Shown: positions 53,838 to 64,000 of the stretch, piece by piece | Numbering within the stretch: position 1 is the stretch's first letter | Layout: the number at the start of each line of letters is the position of its first letter | NCBI GenBank assembly: GCA_013265495.1 | Contig: MU057597.1 | Location: 86,563 to 150,562 of the forward strand | DNA length: 64,000 nucleotides | Source: Vicugna vicugna | Lineage: Eukaryota | Direction: 5' to 3' | Made by a program: the position numbers and the translations under genes | Notes under the pieces: model-generated | Database searches by the model: none | The model's input: only the letters and a program-made list of their open reading frames with translations | What the model was told of the DNA's origin: nothing

Positions 53838-56800
53838 AAAATGTGATTATTTGACAGATGTATATACTGTAATAAATTTCACAATAAATTTACACTTCCA
53901 TCAACTCACAATACCATTTTGTCTCTGTGTGGTGAGAACTTAAGTATTGCACTCTCAGCCAATTCTAAGTATTCAGAAACACTGTGTGATTCACTAGCCA
54001 GCACCCTGTGTACTAGGTGTACATGCTGTACTTACTTATTTCACAGCTGGTCGTTTGTAACCTTTGACCAACATCTTCCCGTTTACCCCACCACCCAAAC
54101 CCTAATGACAGCCTTTCTATTGATATCCCTATGAGTTTCACGTTTCTAGATTCCACATAAAATATCTTTTAATATCATAATAATGTCATAATTTATGGCT
54201 GACATAAATTATATCCACTTATTTTTCAAGAAACATTTTAGTTCCTACATCTCGGCTGTTGTGAATAATGTGGAAATGCTCACTGGAGTGCAAATATCTC
54301 CTTCACTATAATGATTTTGTTACCATTGGCTATTCAGCCAGAGGTGGGTTTCATAGATTGTGTGCCTGTTCTATGCTTGATTTATCGAGGGACCTCCGTA
54401 TTTTTTTTGGTAAGAGGCATACCATTCATATTCTCACCAACAAAACCTAAGAGTTTCCTGTTCTTGTACTGTGTGTGCGTGTGCATGTTTGAGACTGGCA
54501 GGGAGAGGACAGCAGGGGAGCCACTAAGAAAACAGGAACTACATCTTCCGAAGGATGGACTCTGCTCTGCACATCCCTGAGTGGTGGCCGGCTCTCTGAT
54601 TCTTGGAACCATCTTTCTCTACATCAAAGAACTTAATGGTGACTCAAGCTGCGTGAACAAACATACACCTAGCAGAATCTCCCTAAGAAAAAAAACACTT
54701 CTACATTTCAAACTTATTCTCATAATTTCCCTTCTGGACTCAAATGGACTTACAAAATCTCAGAGTCCAACACAGTCTGCAAACAACATATACTCATCTA
54801 CTCATCCGGCTGTAAAACACCAGAACACATTCCAAACGCTAACAAATCACGCCTGAGGGGAAAATATATATGAAGACACTTAAGGACCCACCAGGTGCAG
54901 AACAATGCTTTCATTCCCAGTGACCACAGACCAAGCACTGTCATCTCCAAAAACTACATATAAAAAAAGACATTTCCAACGAAGCACATGCTGTAGTGAG
55001 AACACGACATCTCCCAAGGAAACACTGCAAATTCTCTTCTGGATTTTTCATAGCACATCTGAAACCTTCTTCATTTGCAACCCAAAACACTAAAAAATAC
55101 CAAAGGTAACTTTTAAACGACAAATGAAATTGCCCCTATATTACTCTAAAAATTGCAGAATGATTCTTGCCCTTCCAAAAGCCCTAACTCAAGTCACTTG
55201 AGGAGTGGACACTGTGGGGAACCCCCTAGATCCATTCCCCGAGGACAAGGCACCTGTCCTGCTGCACCCAGAGCTCCCTGTGGCTTCACCTCCCGCCACA
55301 CTTCTAACAACACTGGAGCAAAATGTTTCCCTCTGCCTAAACCCACTGCCTTCAGTCCTCAGGTACGACCATGAAATACCTGACTAAACCAATGCATGTA
55401 AATGCCAGTCACAGCAGCTGAGTCCGAGGGAGCTGGACCTAAGACACTACGGCACCTACACCCATGCAGTGAACCCCGTAACTACCCATGAACCCCATTC
55501 CAGGGGCTCCAGCCTGAACTGAGACATCCTGTGCCCACAGTCCCACACGCCCCTGGAGCCCACAAGAGACAGGCGCACACACCGCTCACGAGGCTCATCC
55601 TGCCGCCCACACCGGCTGCCAGGTCCCTCCTGCACACCCCACAGGCTCCCCTCCACTTTCCCCATTTCTCCACCTCTCCTCCACGCACGCGTGGGAAACA
55701 GGGCAAAAGGGAAAGGACCTCTCAGCAAAGGCATCACGGCAGGAACACACACAAGCTGCCACCCAGAGGACACTGGGCATTCAGTACGAAGGTCAGGAAA
55801 TTAGCCCTGCTGGGAAAATGCACAAGCAGCTGGGGACATTATGGAAACCAGTTACAAAGGCATTTGAGTTCAGTGAGGAGGTCTCAGAGATGGCCCTCAG
55901 GTTTCCTGTCTCCTGTTCTGCCCACTCACAGGTAAGTAAAAGACACCCTACCTCTCTGAGGGAGACCTCCGCCCCTCCTTAGGTTCCAGACTTCTGCCCA
56001 CCCTCAGCACAGTGAGATTCACTATCCCTGACTGAGCAGAAGCACTGCTGGAAGGCAAAGCTTCCATCAAGGTGGCAATGGGTCCCTGGATGTGCACAGC
56101 CTGGAACACCTGGGGGCTACAGCACAGCAGTGACACAGCACAGTAAACATGGGGACACCTCAGGACACTGCATGAGTAAACACAGGGACACCTCAGGACA
56201 CCGCATCAGTTCTGTAGGGATTTTTAGGACTCTCTACATCTTTGGGCTCCTATTTTGAATAACTAAGTAACCACGTGGGGTAAGGATAAATTAGAGCTGA
56301 AACATCCACAACGAATTGGCAACAGTGCTCACTGCCTACCCTACTCCCTTGAATAATCCTCTGAGGATTATTCAGCCCAACCCACAGTCCCAGCATCTCA
56401 TCTCATCCCCAGAGTGAGGTGCCGCGGCCATCCTGGGAGGAAGAGGAACACTGTGAGCCCTTCAAGGAAGGGAAAGTGGGAAAGACTCCAAATAACACAT
56501 GGGGAAGGGCATTTCTGATGATGGTGATTGATATAGAGGCAATAAGACCTGGGTAATGTGACAGAGATTTGTCAGGAGGGGATGGGGAGACCTCTGTGAG
56601 CCTAGACCTGAGGGAGGACAAAGGGCCTGAGCTATGGTGACTTGAAGGCAAAAGGTAAGAACAGGAATTAAGATCTGAGACAGAAAAGGTGTTAGTGTTT
56701 GGGAATAGAGAAAAGGTGACAGTGACCAGGGCAGAGTGAACCCTGAGAACAGGGTGAGCTCCCAGGATGAGGCTAGAGACACTGGCAGGGCCTGGAGGAT

Positions 56801-58419
56801 GACACAGGGCTGTGGAGCCACAGTGAGGATCCAGGACTTTTGTCCTCAGGACAAACAGAAGCTCATCAAGGTCTGAGTACCAACACTGACAGAATCTCTC
56901 TTCAAATTACACTTAATGCACAGAAATACACCCGACTACGGTCACTTTTACTCTGAGCCTATGTTCTTCTCTCCAGTCTAGCATTTCCGTTTTACTTTTT
57001 TCATTCTGGGAGGACTGGGACCCACTGAAAATTCTAAATGCAAATGGACACTCTCTCCAAAAAGAACTTCCGCACACAGACGCACACCCAATTTAGCCAA
57101 TCGTTTCAGGGATCGCTTCTGCTGAGACCGAGAGTTTCTAGTTGAATCTCTCATCTCCATGTTTCAAGTGGGCTCCCTGAGGCCCAGAGGGGAGACACTT
57201 ATGAGAAAGTCCCGGGTTGAGTGAACAGAACCAGATGCAACTGAATTCTGAAATGCGACCTCAAAGGGACAATGAACAGAGTCTGCCCTTTTCATCAGTC
57301 CCAATTAAAACACCAGGACCGCAACTGAAGAGCCTGAGTAAAGGAAACATCTATTCAAGGTCTGATAACACTGGTACCAAACATTTTTAATCCTTCTTTT
57401 CTGGAAGAAAAAAAAACGCAAAGATATAGCCACTGTGCAGAGAACACTGAAAGGGGTCAGCTTAGAAATAAGCTCTGAGTAAACTTCTTCATCATGAAGA
57501 GATGGGCTCCGCTGGAATGCGGTTCCAACTCAACCCCGCCCACCCTTCATCATTTGTGGAGACAGTCAAGAGGGACTGGAGGGAACATGTTCATGTCACC
57601 TCACAGCTCACTATTTTCACAGATCAAACAAAAGGTAAAAAAACTGAATATTAGACGAACTGGTTAAACTAGGTTTTGACTAAATACAAAAGATCATTGA
57701 CATCTTATCAAATACTCATCAAAATAGTCTAAAATTATTTAATAGTTACCAAAGAACTTTTCCCATCTGTAAGATAAAGCAGACAAAGTAGTGATAGGCC
57801 TCAAAAAATGCTCTGAAACATGTTTTAAAGAGAAATACTTCGTTAATTTTTTTATCTAAAAATTCTGTTGCCTAAGGTTTTAAAAACTGACACTATACAT
57901 TTAGAAAAGAATGACATGAGTTGATTATAGACCACACCAAAACTTATTCCAAAATTTAATAATTATTTATAGAAGAGTAGAAATAGAAAGAACTAAGACT
58001 TATTACAAACTACAAAATGAAATATATGTAAAGAAAAAAGAAAAGAAAGTCCATTACCAAAAAAACCCAAAAAACTTTTAATGTTCTTTTAAAAGGGCAC
58101 CTCGTACTGGGTCAGTCATTTCTTGTCTCAAGTGTCCTCTCCCACTTCGGAACCCCATGTCAGGAAAAGGGAAGAGGGTGATGCACAATTCAGTGAATCA
58201 AATTACTTCCTCTTGACTGAATATGATTTAAAAATTAAAGTTATCTTCTCATACAATTAATTTAAAAATGCACAAGTCCTATCGACAGTTTTCAATTCCC
58301 GCTCTCATCTGTATAATTGAAACAAAGTTTAAATCTACTACATTCTGAAGGCATAAAGCTCCTCAGTTTTTCTATTTCCTCTCTCCTTATCTCCTTCTCT
58401 GCTTTTCCTGGTCCTGCTT

Positions 58420-59200
58420 GCCCACGTGTTTAGAAAAATGGCGACTGAATGCCCGACTACTGGAAAAGACCGTTTTCCAGCGGGGTGGAATTTGGGACGT
58501 AACAATACTGGGGAGGGTCACGAGGCTGACCCCGGTCACCTCCCCCTACGCGGGATGGGGGAAGGGCTGACTACCAAGGGGAGGCCCGCGGAGCATAAGG
58601 ACCGGCCTGAGAGGATGCGGGGACAGAGGGGATGGGATCCCAGGAGGGCCGGGCTCCCCAGAATCCCGGGAACCGGGAGAGGACGCGGCCTCACGGGAGC
58701 GGGGCGGCGGCGCCGCCCGCCAGGGGCCGAGACGGCGAGGCTGGGAGCGCGAGTCCACCTCGCGGAAGAGGACGTTACATGGGGAGGACGGAGGGAGTAA
58801 AGGGTTTTACGACGGAAAATATCACCAAAGGCCGTGGCAGAAGGCAGAAAAGCCAAGGGCAGGGACCAGCCTCAGGGCGTTATCAGACGCGAAGGAAAAG
58901 ATCCCGGACCTGGAGCGGCGTCGCCTGGATTTAGGTGGGGAAAGGGCGGGCGAGGGGATTTTAAGTCCTCGCTGACTCCTACAGCCTGAAGTCGGACTAA
59001 AGAGGGACTGCGCGGCCGATTCACAGTATAAACAAGAAAGTTTACATTCGCCCGTGTGATCGTCCCTCGGCGATCCTTGCTTCTAGTCCCGGAAGAGACT
59101 GCAAAAGCGGGGCTAGAGGCGGAACTTCCGGGGGCGGGGCGCTACTGGCGGGGGCGGGGCTGAGGGAGCCCGAGGAGGGGCAGCGGGCGGGCAGAGGGTG
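58420..59200 (-). promoter_or_regulatory. CpG-island promoter of KZNF gene C
   Basis: CpG-rich and paralogous to the islands at 7.1-7.9 kb and 35.5-36.2 kb; gaggcggaacttccgggggcggggc at ~59116-59140. Confidence 0.75.
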
Positions 59201-59357
59201 GTGCTTCCCTGTACCTTGAGTGTGCTTTTTATAAATTATTGTCTTTTACAATTTTGAGGTAAAAGCTTAGAGTTAAGAGGCCTGTGCTTCCCTGTACCTT
59301 GAGTGTGCTTTTTATAAATTATTGTCTTTTACAATTTTGAGGTAAAAGCTTAGAGTT
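59201..59357. repeat. Perfect 74-bp direct tandem duplication with a 9-bp spacer
   Basis: 59201-59274 is identical to 59284-59357; spacer aagaggcct. Confidence 0.9.
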
Positions 59358-59909
59358 GTGGACTAATTATGTCGGAAACGAAGATTTTTCCCCCTAACAA
59401 GTTCAAAACGGTTCCAATAAAGAGCAGTTTTCGCCAGCAGGTGGCACCCTTGTCCCGCTCATGAGGCTCAAGGAATTCAGTGGTTGGGAATCACGGTCTG
59501 CAGGTGGTCGCTGTGGGGCGGTGGTGGATCCCCGGATTTTCGATTTTTTTTCCCCTGCAAGTGGAATTAATTTAAGCAGTTTAAGGTAACGAGAGTAGGA
59601 CTTGTCTCTATATTACAAAGTAGAATGAGAAATATAAAACTCTCTCTGGTTAGAATGTTCCATTTAAGACTGACACCGTACAGAATAGCTTTTCCTTAAA
59701 ATTCCTCATTCAGCCAAGATTCCAGCTCAACGCTGTCAGTTCCAGAGACTCAGGGAGAAAACTTGGGGTCTGACACTGAAGGACTAAGGCATGTGATAAT
59801 TTTAGTCACTAACGGCTATTGATTTTAAAAGAATATTTTTTACATTGTTATAAATTGCATTGTTCTTTTAATCTTTTTGCCAAAGGGTTTTTATTTGCCT
59901 TTTTTGTTC

Positions 59910-60090
59910 TCTATATATATTTATGGAAGTATAGTCAGTTTACAATGTTGTGTCAATTGCTGGCACAATACTTCAATCATATAGGAACATACATATATTA
60001 GCTTTCATATTCTTTTTCACCGTAAGTTACAAGATATTGAATATAATTCCCTGCTTTACAGTATTAACTTGTTGTTTTATCTATTTTATT
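59910..60090 (-). mobile_element. LINE-1 3' end fragment (similar copy at ~26860-26985)
   Basis: gtcagtttacaatgttgtgtcaatt...catattctttttcac...ttccctgctttacagta. Confidence 0.7.
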
Positions 60091-63000
60091 TGCCTTTTAA
60101 AACCACCCTTTCCCCCCCGATTTTGATATGTACTTGACATATATGACTGTATGAGTTTAACATGTACATGTTAATGCTCTAACTTACATATATAGAAATA
60201 ATTATCACAGTAAGTTTCTTACTTTTTTTGTTATTTTTACCACAATAAGTTTAGTTAGCATCCATCATCTCATATAGATACAATAAAGAGAAAGCAAAAA
60301 AATTGTTTTATGACAAGCGAATTATTCATTAAAATACTTGCTCTATTACACACTTGTCAGAATTACCTTTCACTATCTTTCAGAAAAAGATGTTTCTGAA
60401 ATAATGCAAAAGTGTGTAACAAACATAATGTACTTTCAAACAATATGCTTGATGTGCGTACAGTTAGAAACTTTTACTTTTTATTTCCAAATTATACTCT
60501 ATTTTAGCTCTTTTCTATTTTCTATTTCTGAAAGTTCTGTAAAGTGTGGATGTCAATGCCTGTAAAATAAATAGTCTTCAGAAGACATTGGGATTTATTT
60601 CCATCTAAAGAATAATTCTATTGCAATAGTTCTAAGGGCATTTAGTAGGCAGGTATATTCTCTTTAACAGGAACCTAAAAGAAAGTAAAATTAGATTATC
60701 AAATATACAATAACTGCATTTTGACCCACAAAATTTTTATGGCAATCTTTGAGATCACAAAAAAGTATGTTTTATCCACTACAAAGTATGTTTTATCACA
60801 TCCCTGCATGTGAAACATTTCATCCATAGACACAGCAATCATTGAAATGTAATGAAGTTTAGATAGGGAAATTAGTGTATTTAAATATTTTAAGGTAAAA
60901 TTAGCAGAATATCCTGGTGTAGCACACATATGAATATAAGACGATATGTCACATTTATAAGAGATGCAGTGACTCAGGTAAACTGTGTGAACTTTATTAG
61001 CTAGATTACCCTGTATCACACAGTATTTGTAACTAGTCACGTTGGCAAAACAGACTCTTCAGTGTGGACTTTCATAATTCCGAGCAAATAAATTAGTCAA
61101 TAGTGGAATTTTTCATTAAACAGGCCCTGCCATGCCATCTTTCATTCTTCTCTGCAAAAATCTGCCCCTGTAAACCTGGACCTACTGAGGATCCAAATGC
61201 TAAACACAAATTAGCGTTTACAAGTTAATTTAGCAGTAGCCTCATATTTTTGAGAATAGACAAATAGTTTCCAAAACTCCCAGAAGAAAACTTGCTGTTT
61301 CTGTCTGTCCATTTGTTTGCTGAAGCCTTTTGGAAAGTCATCCATCCTGTTCAAAATGGAGAACCATTGTTTTAAATAACTGCACCTTAAAGGGCACCCT
61401 TAAAAAAAAAGAGGATTCCAATCCCGTCTGTAGACAATGTATTCTTTGACTTGTATGCAGAAGCTTCCAAAAGATGAATCACCTTCAAGAAGGCTTTAAA
61501 AGATTCCATACACCGTGCAAACAGAAGTTGGATCTACATATGCTTTTGAGTTCAGAGTTTTGAGTTCTGAGACATGGCTAAAAGTTTAGGGAAAATATAT
61601 GTTTTTTGTTTGCATCTGTCTGTATTTTTATGTGTACCTCTATATATGTATATGTGTATTGAAGGTGTGTGGTATTTTTTTTCCTCAATTGGGATGGCGT
61701 TGCTAAAATCACTTTGTAAAAGAACTCTATTTAATTGACTTAAAAAAAAAACAAGCACATATAGGAATTAAGGAAATATAACAGAAATCTAACTAAAATG
61801 CTTTGCAAGTTCATGCAATGTGGGATTAAATTTTAGTACATGAAAGCTAGCTTAAGGTTGTCGGTTCAATGAAAACAGACATATCTTTGGAGTTATCAAA
61901 ACAGAAAATAATACAGGCATATACTTTTTATCCTAGTTGGCTTTTTTGGCCAAAGAAGTTTGCTATCTCAGTTAGAAAAGTGTCAGCAATAAAAATAATG
62001 TGGTAAAATTTTGTGTGAGTAGTCTAAACAGGAAAGTTGACAACAACTGAACTGAATGGATATGTGTGAGATCAAAGTTTAGATGTAAACATTTTAAATT
62101 GCTTTCCCAAATCTTTGGCAACATAAAACTTTACACTTTTGCTAAGTTAAATTAAAAGATGGGTAGTTATTAAATATCTAGATGATTTCCAAATAAAATA
62201 CCGAAACATTACTAAAAATAGATGCATTCAATTTCGGCTTCCTTTACATAGGAACTAAAGATAATTGAGTTTAATGTTGGTAACACTCTGGTGCAAAATT
62301 TAAACTTGGGTTTTCTCTCTGAAAAAAAAGGAAAATATTTGTTTTTTTAAAGAAAAAAATATTTGAATACTGGTTTGCTCCTAATAATGGATTGTGAAAG
62401 GTTCTCCCTTACCTTTACATAAAGTGCTTAGAAAACAAACATTTGTGTTTTACTGGAATTATTTCCTATACTTCATATTGTCTTAAATAGGTCTGTGATT
62501 ACTAAAAAAAAAAGCCTAAAACTTCTGAACATAGAAGAGGCCACTATTCCTTACAACTCGATAACCTTTTCTATTTGTCACTGAAATCTTTCAGTGTTGC
62601 TTTGAACAAATAGATAATTAAGTATCATTTCATAATGATCTGTCATCCGGTACGCGCAAATGTACAAAACCTTTTGACAAATGTTAGTGACACACCTGCT
62701 CAAAATCAGTATCTGAGGGAAGACTTTTTGACACTGAAATAACTAGGCTCTTCTCAATGTCCCCTGGGATATTTTGAGATTCCTCTCTCACCGGGTAAAA
62801 TGTGGAACCAATCAGGTTAAATTAAAATAGAGCTTTGGCAAATTAAACAAACAAACCAAATATTTGAACCTTGTATTTGTCTAGATGTATGTTAATGTAT
62901 TTCAAAATTGTATGAAATTCTTCAAATTCTAAGATGTCTTAAAATAATGTTATCTATCATAATGTTAAAATATACATCACAGAAATAAGCAGATCTGTTT

Positions 63001-63341
63001 GTTAGTCTCATTATATTGACCTTTCATTAGGTCTTCAATAATAAGCACTTTTAAGACTTTTTGTCATTTACTGACAATATGGCACAACTCTGATGCTGTT
63101 GCAAATCTGTTTCATCTTCTGAGAACTTGTCTGAAGGGACTCTGACCATCACTGTGAAATCCGACTCTTGTGAGGAGATGGAATGTAAGTGGAGAAGACA
63201 GGTCCTGAAAGAAGGAAGGTACCGGGTGACTGAATGAACAGGTGTCAGGCTGGATACTTCAGAGTCAGACAGATTAGCAAATCCAAAGAAGGGCATTTCA
63301 GGAAGCACAGTTGAAACAATCAACTGAGAATATGACTTTAC

Positions 63342-63413
63342 CTGAGAAAGAGCCATTCCTGACCTCTTTTCTCTCCTCTTCCTCCTCTCCTGGGCTTCTT
63401 CCTCATGCAACAT
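63342..63413 (-). CDS. Fourth copy of the KZNF start-codon exon (MLHEEEAQERRKRREKRSGMALSQ), with no KRAB exon of its own before the gene C promoter
   Basis: In-frame ATGs at 63413 and 63356; donor cag|gtaaag; flanks paralogous to 2.9-3.6 kb. Confidence 0.7.
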
Positions 63414-64000
63414 GAGTCTTGAGAACTCAATTTGAAAGTTGGAAAGATGCAGCTTAATGCTGAGAATCAACACAGCCCTTCCTGTGCCACAACCACACAC
63501 ACAGGGGAGACCCCACTACGTGGAACACAGTCCTCTGCTGCCCGCTGTCACAGGAGGGACTCAGGACAGGAAACTCCACACACAGACAAACAACGGAATT
63601 TCCCCACGCTGTCCTCAGATCACCCTCCCCTCCTGGTGAGCCCCTCCCCTACACGGCAGCAGTGTGCACCTCAGCTGGACCCGACAGCCCCCTTCAGGTC
63701 ACAGACCAGGCCCTGATCCATCCCCATGCAAAGCAGAGCCCCCTCCCCCTCAGCCCGGATCCCAGCCCTCAGGATGGGAGGACTCAGAGTCAGGATGCTC
63801 AGTGAGGGGCCCAGACTGGAATCACCTGGGGCTCCTTAAATATTAATGAGGTTGAACCCCACACAGACTGAATGAATGGGAATTTCTGGTCTGAGGGTAT
63901 AAAACATGTATATGCAGAATGCCTGACTGATCTAATAACGTGAAGCGTGGGTTGAGCACCACTCAGAGGCAAGCCCAGTGCACCTCCACTTCCTTTTTCT

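Overview
Mammalian genomic DNA, probably camelid (inferred from abundant tRNA-Ala(AGC)-derived SINEs of the vic-1 type). The window is part of a tandem KRAB C2H2 zinc-finger (KZNF) gene cluster, with all genes on the minus strand. The N-termini (ML.EE.AQ...MA.SQ) resemble those of the human 19q13.41 ZNF28/ZNF468/ZNF808-type family. Gene A: CpG promoter ~7.1-7.9 kb and ATG exon at 3.0 kb; the rest lies off the left edge. Gene B: complete, promoter ~36 kb, ATG exon 33.8 kb, KRAB-A exon 26.6 kb, finger exon 20.1-18.8 kb, with a frameshift separating KRAB from a 10-repeat finger array. Gene C: promoter ~59 kb, ATG exon 53.0 kb, KRAB-A exon 52.3 kb, finger exon 47.3-45.7 kb, with a nonsense codon, frameshifts and a lost exon-1 donor. 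There is also an orphan KRAB-A exon at 13.5 kb and an orphan ATG exon at 63.4 kb. The remainder is L1, SINE, LTR/ERV and Tigger debris, including a U6-L1 chimeric retrocopy. I see no wholly new biological system. The best leads are the U6-L1 chimera, truncation of both complete paralogues at the same spacer position (predicted KRAB-only proteins), orphan exons that could splice across gene boundaries, and near-identical non-coding patches shared among paralogues. Repeat family names come from recognition by eye, not a database search, and repeat boundaries are approximate.
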